Of a DNA stretch of 64,000 nucleotides, positions 43,756 to 58,059 are shown piece by piece; positions within the stretch are counted from its first letter, which is position 1, and each line of letters opens with the position of its first letter. The notes under the pieces were generated by a model. It made no database searches. It saw only the letters and a list, made by a program, of their open reading frames with translations, and had not been told where the DNA came from. The stretch lies in assembly GCF_009914755.1 (NCBI RefSeq), contig NC_060929.1; one strand, given 5' to 3'. The translations under genes were made by a program, and so were the position numbers. This DNA comes from the human T2T-CHM13v2.0 reference genome, Homo sapiens.

Positions 43756-43939
43756 GTGATGCATGCTGAACCCAACAATTAAGTTAAACTCAAGATGCTA
43801 CTGGAGCTCCATAAAGAAATGCCTACTGAATCCAGATTAAGTTGTGAGAAAGTAGTTCAGAAAATATTTCCTGAAATAGGTACAAACTGAATGAGGCTAG
43901 AACAATGAGTCAATTGGGCAAAGATTGGGATAAAGGTTG

Positions 43940-44080
43940 TGCATCAGTCAGAGTTCTCTAGAGGGACAGAACTAATAGGATAGATGTATATATGAAAGGG
44001 AGTTTATTAAGGAGTATTGACTCACACAATCTCAAGGTTAAGTCCCACAATAGGCTGTCTTCAAGGAGCAAGGAAGCCAG
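43940..44080 (-). mobile_element. MLT2A LTR 3' fragment
   Basis: cagtcagagttctctagagggacagaactaataggatagatg...gggagtttattaaggagtattgactcacacaatc. Confidence 0.88.
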
Positions 44081-44232
44081 ATGGATGTGTTTGCTTCCCC
44101 TTCTGCCAGGATTGTAAGTTTCCTGAGGCCTTCCCAGCCATGCTAAACTGTGAGCCAATTAAACGTCTTTCCTTTATAAATTACCCAGTCTCGGGTATGT
44201 CTTTATAAGCAGCATGAGAATGGACTAATACA
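44081..44232 (+). mobile_element. THE1 LTR 3' fragment
   Basis: ggatgtgtttgcttccccttctgcca..gattgtaagtttcctgaggcc...aaattacccagtctcgggtatgtctttat...ggactaataca. Confidence 0.9.
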
Positions 44233-46240
44233 TACAGTTTGCAATGAATGGGCTGGCCACAAAAATATAAGGGGCAGAGTTTTGAGAAATGCTTTAAGTT
44301 AGGGGCTAAGACAAAGAATATATATTTGTTTATATTTACCTAGGTGAAGAATTTTAAACTTTATTCTAAAGGAAGGGGAATATTGCTACATTTTAACCAA
44401 GAAGGTGATCAGATTTTCATCTACAGTAAATAAGCTCCCTGAATTACCCATTCTTCTCAGTTCTAAAGAATATTTTACCCTTGTCAAAATAACAGCTTAA
44501 GTCATGATCCAAAAGAAAGATTCTCCTCTTTGACACTACCTAGTAGTACCAGCTTTTGTCTATATTCTCTTTAAAGACGTAACGGCACAATAAAAAAGAA
44601 TTGAAATTCCCATCTGCATCATAAACCCTTTTTTTTAAATTTCTAATTAGTACTTTAAGGGACCTGGAGGCACTTTAGAGTTTCTTCAGAAGGTGTCATA
44701 CAGTCTATAAGGGCATCAACAATTTGGTCATAAATGGGAAAAAATGGGTCTGATACCATCTGGTATGCTCTTGTCAGCCCTGCATCTAAAATCCTTAAAG
44801 ATCACGCATCTTCCCATTTGCCACATCACATTCCCATATGTTTGCTCAATTTTTCACTACTACACATTCTATTCTTGTCTAGAAAAGAAAAAAGTTTCTG
44901 TTGAGCCTAGTTGTAAATAAGAGTATTTTATTCCTTAAGTAGAAGTAATATAAATTGTAAGAGACAACATTGATTGCTGTTAGTCATAACAGCTTTCACA
45001 CTTGACAATTTTCCCTAAATATATTTAAAAAAAAACAAAAGCTTCCCCTTAAGACCTCATTACTGAGTATGAAATTTAGAAAAAAATTGTATCGAGGGAC
45101 AGGTAATTTGCTCATACCAACTTGCTTTACAGCATTACAAAAATCAATTTATCAACAATGACCACTATAGGTGATATTACCTATTCAAACTTAAAAGACA
45201 TTTGAACTCTGGGAATCTCACTGCTTATGAAGATGTTATTGTCAATTTTCACTATTATATATGCTGAAGAATTCACTATAATAATGGTCATTATATTTCT
45301 ACAAAATCTATAGCATTACAAATCTAAAAGACATCAAGGACAGTGTTGCTATCTAAATGTTAATTCCTGCTTATCATTGGCATTCACTTAGAAGTTATTT
45401 TTTAAAGTCTAAATTTTTCTTACATTCCTATTATTTTGAGTAAATAATTAGCATTTCCCAGACCTGTTTCATAAATCTAACTTTGTATTCTTTTAAAATT
45501 TACTTTCCACATAAAATTATTGGTTCACTATTTTTCAGAGGCATAAAGTTTTTCTTTCTAAATGTAAAAATATGTTCCCCAGTAAAAAATTCTTTCTTTA
45601 CATTGTATTTCCTTTATTGCTTCCATTTTAAGGTGACATTATGGGAGGAACAATAATTGCCTTGTTCATTTTGATTTATTCGGCTCTATGCCTCCTTACC
45701 TTGCTAATGAAAAATATACTGTCCTACATGGGTCATTTATGATGTGATTCCATAAGATGCTTTTTGCATTTCCAGCCCAGAGGATAATATATTAGCTTAA
45801 AACTACCTAGTAGGAAAGAATTTGTTGGCGTTTTGTTGTTGTTTCTGTTCTGTCTTCCTACCTAATGGGTAACTTAAAACTAATCTATATTTGTAATTGT
45901 GAGGACTAAGAGGCAAAAGACAAACGGCAACTGTTGTCAGAATGAGAGCTTTTGCTAAGACCTGTTCTTTTTCCTAATTTCCTATGAGTCCTGCTATGTA
46001 AGTGGAATCTTATTCTTCCTTCCTTTCTCAAACCGTCAGTACCTTCTGTTGGGTGATTACTTACCAACAGGTCAGAGAACTACTTTTGTTTCATGAGAAA
46101 TGAGTAAATGTGGCCACTTTCTTACTAAAGGAGCAGATGTCTATGAAAATATTTGTAAGTCACCATGGAATTTGTACAAAGGCAACTTCATTTGTTTTAT
46201 TGCCAGGGAAGAGGGTAGCATCACATAGCATATAATTTCA

Positions 46241-47697
46241 AATCCAGAAAGAAATCCATACATCTATAGTGAACTTATTTTCAACAAAAGTGCCACGAAC
46301 ATACATTGGGGAGAGACAGTCTCTTCAGCAAATGGTGTTGGGAAAACTGGATATCCATATGCAGAAGAATGAAACAAGACCCCTCTCTCTTGCCAAATAT
46401 AAAAATCAAATTAAAATAGATTAAAGACTCAAATCTAGGACTTGAAACTATGAAACCACTAAAAAAAAACTTTGGAGACACTCTCCAGGACATTAGCCTG
46501 GGCAAAGATTTCTTACTGTTCCACAAGCATTGGCAACCAAAGCAAAAATGGACAAATAGAATCACATCAGGTTAAAAAGCTTCTGCACAGTAAAGAAAAC
46601 AGTCAACAAAGTGAAGAGACAACCACAGAATAGGAGAAAATATTTCCAAACTATCATCTGACAAGGGATTGATCACCAGAATATATAAGGAGCTCAAACA
46701 ACTCAATAGGAAAAAATCTAATAATCCAATTTAAAAATGGGCAAATGATCTAAACAGACGTTTCTCAAAAGGCATACAAATGGCAAACAGGCATATGAAC
46801 AAATGCATCAGAAAACTGCAAATCAAAACTACAGTGATATATCATCTCCCCCCAGTTAAAATGGCTTTTATTCAAAAATAGGCAATAACAAATGCTGGCA
46901 AGGATGTGGGGAAAAGGGAACGCTCATACACTGTTGGTGGGAATGTAAGTGTCCTTCAGTCACTGTAAAGAGCAGTATAGAAGTTCCTCAAAAACCTAAA
47001 AATAGAACTATCATATGATCCAGCAATCCCACTGCTAGGTATAGTCAAAACAAAGGAAATCAGTATATTCAAGAGATATCTGCTCTCTCGTGTTTATTGC
47101 AGCACTATTTGCAATAGCGAAGATTTGGAAGCAACTTGTATCCAAGTTGCATATCAAGTAACAGATGAATAAATAAAGAAAATGTGGTACATGTACACAG
47201 TGGAGTACTATTCAGACATAGGAAAGAATGAGATTCTGTCATCTGCAACAACATGGATGGAGCTTGAGGACATTATGTTAAGTGAAGTAAGCCAGGCAGA
47301 GAAACACACACTTTGCATATTCTCACTCATCTGTGAGAGCTAAAAATTAAAACATTTGAACTTATGGAGACAGGGAGTAGAATAATGGTTACGAGAGGCT
47401 GGGAAGGGTAGTTGGTGGAGGCGGGTGGTTAATGGGTACAAAAACAGAATGAATAAGATCTAGTATCTGATAACAGGGTGACTACAGTCAACAATAAATT
47501 ATTGTGCATCTTAAAATAACTAAAAGAGTATAATTGGAATGTTTGTAACCCAAAGAAATGATAAATGTTTGAGGTGATGAATACCCAATTTACCCTGATG
47601 TGATTACTACACACTGTATGCCTGTATCAAAATATCTCAGGTACCCCATAAATATATATACCTACTATGTTCTCATAAAAATTTAAAATTAAAATAA
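46241..47697 (+). mobile_element. 5'-truncated L1MA (about L1MA1-3)
   Basis: caaatggtgttgggaaaactggatatccatatgcagaagaatg...tcatatgatccagcaatcccactgc...gtaccccataaatatatatacctactatg followed by A-rich tail. Confidence 0.92.
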
Positions 47698-48342
47698 TAT
47701 ATAATATTTTCCAGGAAAATTAAACTCGCATGTTAGCAGAGTAAGAAGATCATTTTCTGCCATAGTTTATTATTATCAATATGGTTGAGTTCAGAAAATG
47801 TTTTCTCTTAATAAAAAGTTTATATTAAATGAAAAAAGATACATCAATTGTTTAGTGGCAAGACTTTACACTTCATATTTTCTGATGCTCTTACAAAGCT
47901 TGTTTTCATATGAATACCTTAGTCTTTAAGCTTTAAATGAGTTGATTTTAGTCCCATATTGAATAGCGTATTATTATTTTGTTATTGTTGTTCATATGTG
48001 ATCCAATACAGCTAGATGGGAAGACTGAGAGTTGAAACAGGATAATACTTAACATGAAGCCATATGTTCCTTGAGAACAGGCTGTCTCAGAGCCAGCTTG
48101 GGACTGAAGACTGCATAGGGAAAGGAGATGTCAGGGTCTCTGTCTTTCAGACTATTGCCAAGAGGAATGGTCTACAGACTCACCCAGAATCTTGAGTCCA
48201 TGTGAACATTTGAGAAGTTCATAAGCTAGGTCCTGGATATTATTAGATTTCTCCAGCAAATCTGACATAATTCAAAAAGTCAAATATGTATAAAAATATC
48301 ATAAATAGAGAATATGTTATTGTACCAATTGACATGAAATGA

Positions 48343-48707
48343 TGTAATGAGAAAAACTCAGAATCATATTAAAACAAAAGACTTCTCCCAAACTAGGAGG
48401 GAGCCAAGAGACCAAAGAATGACTCAGACAAGTCCAGCTTGGCAAGTAGGTGAGTTTATTAGGATTTACATACGAGGCAGTCCTGGATGGCAGCAGAACA
48501 GCTTGAGAGATTTGCGCTGCCTCCCATCCGTAAGCTGTTGTTAAGCTGGCTTTCTGGCACTTTGTCTACTGTTTGTGTGGTGGGACTGCTTTCCTTGGTA
48601 GTTCTCAGATACTCTCCAGGATTCTTGGCTTCTCAGGGACACCTGCTTTTCAGCCGGGCACCATAGCCTTGACTCATCAACTTGCATTCAAAACATGTCA
48701 CACTGCA
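48343..48707 (-). mobile_element. ERVL-type solo LTR (LTR47-like)
   Basis: TG..CA ends, antisense polyA signal gagtttattagg, gaccaaagaatgactcagacaagtccagcttgg matches recalled LTR47. Confidence 0.7.
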
Positions 48708-51024
48708 GGTCTTTTAATTGATAGTGCTTAGTTTTGTCTTTTTTTTTTCTTTATGTACAATCTCATAAGTACCTATTTTTAAGAGACATCCACAGGGCCA
48801 AGACATTTATATATTTTATTATTTTAAATGTCTTGGTTGGTTATAAACAACCAAGCAAGACTTTTATACATTTTCACTAAAGACTATCGTGTTTGTTTCT
48901 ACAACTTCCTATTAGGCACATGTGTAGAAATGTTCTTCAGCATAAATAATTCAAAACTTAGTTTTAAGCAGCTAACCCACTATAGTCAGATTACAGTAAA
49001 GACATTAATTCATTTTTTTCACAGGCCTTCCAATATGAACTTCATTTAAAATTCATTGGTTCTTTTTTCAGATCATCCTCTCTCCCTACATTTTCATAGT
49101 TGCTGTTAACCTTAAAGATGTTTCACACAAATGCATAGAGACAGATACAAGACAAATGAATAGAGAAAATTCTATGAAAAAAAGATATACTTTAATTGCT
49201 TATGAACTTTATAATATTGTTGAGAACCATTATTTGTCAGGGAGTGATAAAAATTCCCACATGAATGCATGTACTATAATTATAATAATTTGTAATGATT
49301 CAACACTCTTGTAGTCAGAGCAAAGTGCTCTTCTGCCTGCGTTGTGTTTTTATGTATTTGTAGGTGTTATGAATCCAAAGACTCATAGATGGTCATTTTA
49401 ACCTGACATGCTCTGTTGTAGGAGAGCTTCTTCAATTCATTAACCTCATTTAAATAGACACAAAATGCTAAATCAAGAAAATTCCTTCTGATCATTTTAG
49501 AAATCAGTAATGACTTCACCACAGCAATATCTCTTTTGGGTGTTTGACAAACAGTATCTTTTCTGGTAAGGAGGAGTAATAGAGAATTTAATAATCATGG
49601 ATATGAATAGGGGAAAAACTGAAAATCTGCTCATTGTAATTATAATAGGTAGTATAATTAGAGATGCCTGGACAACCAGAGCAATGGAAAGAGCTAAGAA
49701 TGTGTAAAAAATGAAGAGGAGGCTGGGGAAAGCTTCAATTGTAGTGCCATTTCAGAGTTAGATTTGTAAAAATCAATGGAAGCAGTAAACAAGAGAACTG
49801 ACTCCACTAATGCATAGTGTGCATAGTGGGAATGATATATGAATTACATTCTAACCATATGTGAATGCAAATAGTAGTATCATATTTGGAAAAGGACATC
49901 AGCTCTTTACAACACTGTATACTCTCCTAGACCATAGTCTTCTTTTTTTGTAAGATAAAAAAAGATTGCCCCCAAGCCTAAAGCAACACATATCCGTAGT
50001 TTTGAATTGAATCCAGGATTGATACTTTACTTTACCGATGTCTTTGAAATCAACATGGTTGATGACAAAAGACATATAAATCATCCTATGAAATCTTGTG
50101 ACCTTGATCTTTGCTACTTTATTCAGCCAAGTTGGTTCTTCTCAGGACTTTAAATATAAGAGCATTGAATTGACTAAAACAGTGTGTCCTAGGGGCAGAA
50201 TAAGATCTTCATGATTAATGATTTATTGGAAAAAGGTACTGAGAAGAGCGGGTGTGTCTTAGACTTGGGATCCCTTAGGTGGTGAGTTGATATTTATATG
50301 CTATGTTATTTTATAAATAATTGCTAAAAAGTGTCTCAGGAACATTGTGTAATCCTTTAAATTTGTAATTGTAGGCGGCCCTTAATTTTAAGGTAAGTGA
50401 TTTTGCTATACAATAAAATAATTAAAAATGTTCAATTTAGGCCCAACTCAGGACAATGCCAATTCTTATACTGTTTTCTAATTAAGAAAAAAATAAAGTG
50501 AAATTAGTAGGAGCACATTTTTAATATCTCATAATTAAACTAATCAATAAAAATAAACAGATGTTTGGCTGAAAGGGAACAAAGAGAAAAAACAAAGGGA
50601 GAAAGGAAATCATAGGTTCTCAGAATAGCCTGCCCAATGAGGGAAGGCAGAAGGAGAGTGAGTTACCGGCAATAGACAGAAAATTGCTTGCTTTTTTGTT
50701 TTGCTTTCCTCAAGCATACACAGATCCAGCTCCCCATACCATCTTCTCCATATTTATGACTGCCCCTTGTCCTTAATGGAACCATCTTTCTCTTATGTAT
50801 CGTTCCTTCACTCCCTTCTTTGTTTTGCTTTTTCTTCATTCCTCCTTGACTGGTGGAGGACATTTCATTACACGTGTGCTTGGAAACTTTGATGCCCTTA
50901 GTCTGGCTCAGTAAATATCTCTGTATGTACCTTGTCATCAATGTGACACTTGAGCACTGGGCTTGACTAACAGCAGCAAGTATCTGGATACAGCATTCAT
51001 TCTAGGAACAATACGGTATTTTTC

Positions 51025-51170
51025 TGGTGGAGGAAGCATGGACTAGACTTTTGGAAACCTGGGTTCTAGGCCTGACTCTGGCTCTCTTGAGCAGTTTGAC
51101 CTTGGATAATCAAGTCCTTACTTCTGGTGTCGATTCCAGGTCTCTGAAGTGATTGTATTGATATTTTGTA
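51025..51170 (+). mobile_element. MIR/MIR3 fragment
   Basis: agcatggactag..acctgggttctaggcctgactctg..tgaccttggata. Confidence 0.55.
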
Positions 51171-51831
51171 TTCCCTCCTTGGCTAATTTAGTCCAACCTT
51201 CTCATTTTAGGGGTAGAGAAATTAAGCTATGGAGAGAATTATCTACAAACATCTCATTTATCTTGTATTAATATTAGTTTGCATTTATATTACTTCATTT
51301 ATATAGAATTGTCTTTATGTAGAATTTTATGTGTGTATAAAATACAACTATTGAGGATCCCCACTCCCCACTCAAAACAACAAAATTCACCTCCTTAAAT
51401 TATCTGTTCTTCAAATAATACCTCATCCAGGTATACTACTAACTGTAATCCTCCCAAGAGTTTTATTTTAGAATGGGGAATAAAATGAACAGTTCAGTAG
51501 TAGAAGTGAGAGACTAGATATTTTTGTTGCAAATAAAGTTATCCAGGGAAAGGGGAGTGGTCAAGAATAACACACTTTCTGGAACAGGAAAATTAGAGTG
51601 GCCTGACTACTATTATAAAATGAGCAGGTATACGTTTATATAATATAGTTTTTTTTTCAGTAAAATTCTAAGTTGTGAAGACGCTGGTATTCTATTTTAT
51701 TAGAAGCCATATTGCATGCAGAAAGTTACACACACACATTCATTCACATACAAATATTCCTAAGTGAAAAACTATGTTTGCTATATTTGTCATTTAAATA
51801 TAAACTTATGACAACTTGTGGCACAGGTTTA

Positions 51832-52140
51832 TTTTATTTTTGACATGGGGGTCTTGTTCTGTCACCCAGGCTGGTGTGCAATGGTGCAATCAGTGCAATC
51901 ACTGCTTACCGAAGCCTCTACCTCTCAAGTTCAAGCAATCCTCCTACCTCAGCCTCCCGAGAAGCTGGGACCACAAGCATATGCCACCACACCCAGCTAA
52001 TTTTTTTTTTTTTAATTTTGTGTAGAGACAAGGTCTCCCTGTGTTTCCCAGGCTGGTCTCAAATTCCTCAGCTCAAGTGATCCTCTCGCCTCGGCCTCCC
52101 AAAGTGCTGGGATTATAGGCATGAGCCACCATGCCTGGCC
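51832..52140 (-). mobile_element. AluJ
   Basis: Antisense dimeric Alu (tcaagcaatcctcctacctcagcc, gctcaagtgatcctc); 15-bp TSD tgtggcacaggttta 51817-51831 / tgtagcacaagttta 52141-52155. Confidence 0.93.
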
Positions 52141-54269
52141 TGTAGCACAAGTTTAAAGATATTATTGCCAGAATGTCTGCTTTCCTCAATAAAGGCTAGA
52201 GGAAATCGAATAGCAAAAGTGCTGTTGGAAGGAGAGGTACCTCAGGCCTGATTTATCTACTCTTATCTGTCTACGTTAAGCTAATTGAAAGAAGAAATCA
52301 TGTTTGCTGTGAAACAACCAAAATCTATTATGTGAGGGACTTCCCACATAGTGAGTTAGATAGAAAGACTAATACAGTTAGCTAAACTTGTGCCAAAACT
52401 ATTAAAATGTACTTTTTAAAGTATACTTTACAGACAAAAACCAACTTGGCTGTTATTATAATCTATGAATATAATTCATAATACAATCCATGATATTTGA
52501 AACTTTGAGCCCCTCAGTAATTCTTTATTGTGCATTGTGTATGTGTATATGTGTGTAATGGTAGTAGCAGCTGGCAAACAAAAATGATTTTTATCTTAAT
52601 GTTACAGTGTTCCCAAGTTTATTTCCTTAAGTACTGCCCTGCTGAATTTTCTTAGTCGATATTGCCCCCTTCAGTTCATTCCAAGGATGTGCATGATAAT
52701 AAATGGAGCACATAATTTTTCTCTGGGCTGTGTTTAACTTGGCACCAGGAGATTAACAGACAAGGCAGCCAAACCCACTCAAGGCTGATATGACCTCATT
52801 GGTCACATGGACATTCTAGTTCTTTCCCAGGCATTATTTCCACATGAGAAAAGATGTTGTTTTTGAAGGAGTCAGCAACCAAAACCAATATCCACATTAA
52901 GGAATCATTGCCAATTAGATTGCCTTTAGTGGCAATGAAGGATTTGAAACTGGTGTAAATTTCTCTTAAAATCATATGGGCCCACTGTAATTACTACAAA
53001 TAAAAATAAAAAGATATTGCGAGTGTCCTTTTGCCTTAGGGTCAGAGAAGGAAACATAAGCTGGAGGGCATTTAATTCAGCCAACCTTCATTATTCGTTT
53101 AAAACCTTTAGTAACAGTTATTTTCATAGCATTCTGTTGATTGAGCAAGCCAAGATATTACATAAAGGCCTCCTTGTTTGTAGAAGGGCTTAGGAGAACT
53201 GAGAAAATTTGGTGGAAAATATGACTAGTTTTGTGAAGATTATATAATTTGACATTTTATTTAACAGCAAAGTATTATTAATCATTTTTACCAACCACAA
53301 AATACAAATGTAGACATTTTTAAATACTCAATATAGGTCTAGAAAACCATTAGTGATTTCACAAAACATTCCACAGCCTTATACCAACCTTGAAAATAGT
53401 TTCCAAGAAAGCAAAAGGCTCAGACACACAATTTATCAGTAGGCAACCCTATATATTGCATGAATGTTAGTTCCACCCTATACTCTGCTGGCCTCTTCCT
53501 GCTGTGTTCAGTTGCAATGGACTAATCAAACGTAAACCTCATTCTACATTTAATTCTGAAATTTCCCACAAGCATAGATTTTCAAAGAAACAACAACCAA
53601 AACTGTAGACAAAGGATCTTTATCCCATTGAAGATAAAAAAAAAAAATAGGTAACTTGAAGTTTTCACAATAGACACTGATAAATGGAAGAAGCATGTTA
53701 AATTTCTTTGGCGTTTAATCCTCCCTTTAAATGTTGATAACTTATTAATCTTCAGTTCTGTAATCAAAGATAAATATTTTAACCACTATTGCTGTGTTTC
53801 TGTTATATACTGTCATGGTGGTATTTGTTTGGATTTTTTTTAATAATGGAAAACTACAAAAAACAAAATATTGTATTATTCATATCTATACTTTAACTTG
53901 GGATAGCCTCCAAAACAAATGTGACTTAAATTTAATGTCAGTGGCAATTTGGTTTTTAAAAAATAAAATTCAATTGTAAATGAATTACTTTTTAAATCCA
54001 CTGAGCAGAGTTCACATTTTACTTTGAATTTTTCTTCTCTTTTTTCTCTTTATGTTTGTATGTATGTTCATGTCTGTGATTTTCTTCCCCTAAGTAATAC
54101 TAAGATATTCTAACACTAATTATTTGGAAATGTAGGAAAGTAGAGAGCAGAGAGGGGAAAAAAAAGGAAATATGATTCACTTTTTCTGTTTATATTCTAA
54201 ATTTTGCTTTGTGCCTTAACTTTTTGTTTTATGATTATATATTTTAAAAACCTGTATCTTCTCATCTTT

Positions 54270-54830
54270 CTTGAGCTGTTGTTCATAGAACCTAAGACAC
54301 TCTTGTTCCCTCAAATCTATTCTCTACTCAGAAGCCAAAATGACCATTTAAAAAAAATTAGATGATTGTGTTGCTCCCTTTCAGTGACTTCCAATGCAGT
54401 TAGAATGTACACTAAACCCCTATTCATGGTCTGCAAGGCCCAGCATAATCTCAGCCCCACCTCACTATTCACTTTCCTCTCATGAAACCCTTCTCCCTCA
54501 GTGGGCTCCATTTACAGGTATTCCTTTCAGTCCCTCAAATGCTCTTTCCTGCTGCAGGATATTTGCATGTGCTGTAACTTGCTTCTGGGAAGCTTTTACC
54601 CCTGTTCCTCATGTGGCAAACACCTCATTCTGCATATTTTGGTTTGATACCACTTTATTTAGATAGGTCAACCACTTAAGTTGGATCATCCTAGCTATCC
54701 TCCATCACTGTACTCTGTTTCTTCCCTTCAAAGCATTTATCATTTAAAATGTTCACTTATTTGTTTGTATTCCCACATATTAAGTGCTATTTATCAATGT
54801 GTCCCTAAAGTAGTTGAATGAATAAATAAA
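54270..54830 (+). mobile_element. L2 3' region
   Basis: tattctctactcagaagcca...tggtctgcaaggccc...atttgcatgtgctg...gttgaatgaataaataaa. Confidence 0.8.
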
Positions 54831-54914
54831 GTTATGTACCTAATCAAATTTTAAACAACATTGATTAATGTACTGAGCTAAAGGTAGATCTCAGCATGAA
54901 TATGAAATAATCTC

Positions 54915-55635
54915 ACTAATTTATTCGTTGCTTTTGCTATCTAATATTTATTTGCCAACTATTGTGTACCAAGAACCCTTCTAGGTTCTGAGAATATACC
55001 AATTTTTACGAAATGCCTGTTCTCATTTAGCTTATATTCTAAGCATGGATGAAGGGGGAAGATAGGCAATAATAGAGTCAATTAAAAGGTCAAAAGTGCT
55101 ACAGAAACAAAACAAATGAAGATTAGTGGTGTGTGTTGAGTGAGGAATTTTAAGTAAAATGACCATGGAACCCTCACTAAGGAAAGATTTGGTATCAGTG
55201 AAGGAGCAGGACAACCTTATACCAGGGAAAAATTATTCTGAGCTAGCAAACAAAGCAAAGATAATCACCAGAACTGATGAAGTGTTGTGAGCCGGGAGTG
55301 TCTCAAGGAGGAGTTAGGGGAGTAGAAAGAGAAGAAGCCAGAGAGAGATAAGATCTTTTAGGCTATTGGAAGGACCTCGGCTTTCACTCTGTCAAATATA
55401 AAGCCATTGCAAGTTTTATAGTTTTAAGCTGAGAAGTGACATATGTTTTAAAAGGATTTTCTGGCTGTAGGGTTGGGAATATTCTGTAGGGGATCGGGGT
55501 GCAAGTGGGAGATCATTTAGAATGCTATGGGAATTGGATTATTCCCAACTGGATTGTTGGGAAACAATGGTGACTGGGACAGATAGTCACAGTGGAAGGG
55601 GAGAAAAGTGGCTAGATTCAGGATATATTACAATG
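54915..55635 (-). mobile_element. L2 3' region, convergent with the previous L2
   Basis: tatttatttgccaactattgtgtaccaag...ggaaggacctcggctttcactctg...gttttaaaaggattttctggctg...gattcaggatatatt. Confidence 0.8.
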
Positions 55636-56040
55636 TTTGCTCAGTTTTATCAAAGCTTTTCGTGAGATATGACAGCAGAGAAAATAACCTTAGCAATCGA
55701 TAGGGTGATGAATAATCTTAATCACGGAGGAAATTACACTTTCCAGATTTACCTTTAGGGAGTATTCTGTATTTGGAAGTTCCTTAAGAGGCTTATTTTG
55801 GAAAGAAAGGCAAGGACTAGGGGCTGAATTTAGGAGAAAAAAAAAGTTATCCTTGAGAAAATGTAAAAAAAGATGTGAGTTATTCTGAAAAACAGCCAAG
55901 TGCTGAGAGAAAATAAGAAGCCAAGGGTTTGGAGCTGGTGAGATAATGGAAGACAGTGTGTTTCATGATATGACCACTTCCTTAATGGTCCAACTTTTTA
56001 GCAAAGGTCCTAAAATCATGAAATACTTGAAATATATAGA

Positions 56041-56066
56041 ATATATATATATATATATATATATAT
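56041..56066. repeat. (AT)13 microsatellite
   Basis: Read directly from the sequence. Confidence 0.9.
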
Positions 56067-57500
56067 GGAAATAGTCCATATTGGAATGAATGGGACAGGA
56101 AATCAGGCAGATAAACAGAAACAGGAATTTAGTCATGGAAACGTTCTCATAAGACCATAAAATTGGAGGCTAAAGGCAGGCTGTTTAGATCTTGACAGGT
56201 TAAGATTGCAGCCAACCTCTATAATAAGCGTAATGACTTTTTAATCTAAAACCTTTGATTTGAGGTTCTGTCCCAGGTAACAGGGACCAACCAAGTTGAG
56301 ATGGATATGGAATATGTGAAGTTATGAGTGAGATAAAATTTGTCTACCATTGTTATTTAAAACAAAATCAAACAGCAAAGCACCCTGAGACGATTAGAGT
56401 TCACACAATCAAATCTGGCTTACCTATTAAGCCACCAGAAGTAGAACACTTGGCATCAGACAGGTGACAACTACCATATTTCAAAAAGCCAATGGTGTAA
56501 CTAATTGTTTGACATGGCAATGGTGTTAAATAATTATTTTATAAAATTCCATGGAAATTAAAAAAATTTGATAGAAGAATTGTTTTCCCTAGGACTCACA
56601 CTCCAGGACAATTGATAATTATACTAAAATAGCTTAAAAGTTTCTTTTAAACTCAACAAACAGAGTATGATATCAATATTTTTAATAACTAAGATAATAG
56701 CTAACAATGTGTAGATGATAAACACTTTTCTGTATTATATATAATTTGTAGTTTTTATCATTTAAAAAAATAGAGTAAGTCATTCAACAACCATTAGAGA
56801 TGATATACATAAGCAGACACATATACTTAGCACCATGGGACTGATTGACCACCTAAGCCAGCTCCTCCCGGAGTTAGGATATGATATGTGTTCATCTTGG
56901 GCATCATGTTGTCCTTACATGACACCACTTCTTTTCCATTCCAAATCTAACTTTTACAATCATAGTAAATGAACTTTGTATCAAAATGAGCATAAGAAGA
57001 GAGGACCTCAATGTGGAATTTATAATATGATATTCCCCAAGTGTCTCACCTTCCCATCAAAAAGGCTTTACAGAGATATACTTTTAATAAGTGAATAGTT
57101 TGCCAGACTGAAGTGGAGAAGCAGATTGGGCAGCGGTAAGCCGAATTTTTCATCATAGAGCTGGCAGTTTTGGAATGAAATCTATTAGCAGTGATATTTT
57201 ACTTATTCACTCCATATTAGGCCAAATGACTAGGATGGAGATATAGACAAATACACAAATGTGTATGTACACACAATTGTATTATATTATATTATATTTG
57301 TAAATCCTGATGGCTGCTTTCAACCTTCAGCCTCAAGAGATCAGCTGTAGCAACAGAATGAGACAATGCAATCATGAGGATCTTAGATGACTCATGATTC
57401 TCCCCAGGACATTACTAGACGACTGACCTATTCTACAACCCAAGTGACGGAACAAGCTAGGGGAAAGGCAAAGCCTTTGACATTAAGTGTATTTGGATGC

Positions 57501-57859
57501 TGTTATGATCTGAATGTTTATATCTCCCCAAAATCTGTATGTTAAAATCCTGCCCACAAGGAAATGGTATTAGGATGTGGAGCCTTTGGGAGGTGATTAG
57601 GTCATAAGAATGAACCCCTCATGAATAGGATTGTGCCCTTACTAAAGAGACCCCAGAGACCCTTTTTGCTCCTTCTGCCATATGACAGCCTAGTGAGGAG
57701 ACAGCTGTTTAGGAACCAGGAAGCAGGCCATCACAGGACACTGAATCTGTCAGCAACTTGATCTTGAAATTCCCAGCCTCCAGAACTATGAGAGTAAATT
57801 TCTGTTGTTTATAAACCTTCTATGGTATTTTGTCATAGCAGCCCAAAGATACTAAGACA
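57501..57859 (+). mobile_element. MLT1A0-like solo LTR inserted in a MIR
   Basis: tgttatgatctgaatgttt...ggaggtgattaggtcat...cccagcctccagaactatgag...actaagaca; perfect 5-bp TSD GATGC at 57496-57500 and 57860-57864. Confidence 0.93.
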
Positions 57860-58059
57860 GATGCAAACACTAACTATACCACTCACTAGCTAAGTAAACT
57901 TGGACAGATTAACCCTTCTGAACTATATATTGAATATCACAATACCTACTTTATTGGGTTTTCCAGATAAATATACTAACATGAAATAATTTATGTAGAG
58001 AGTTTGGTACATACTATTGCTTCTGAATATCATTACTGGAGATTACACAATGTTATAGG

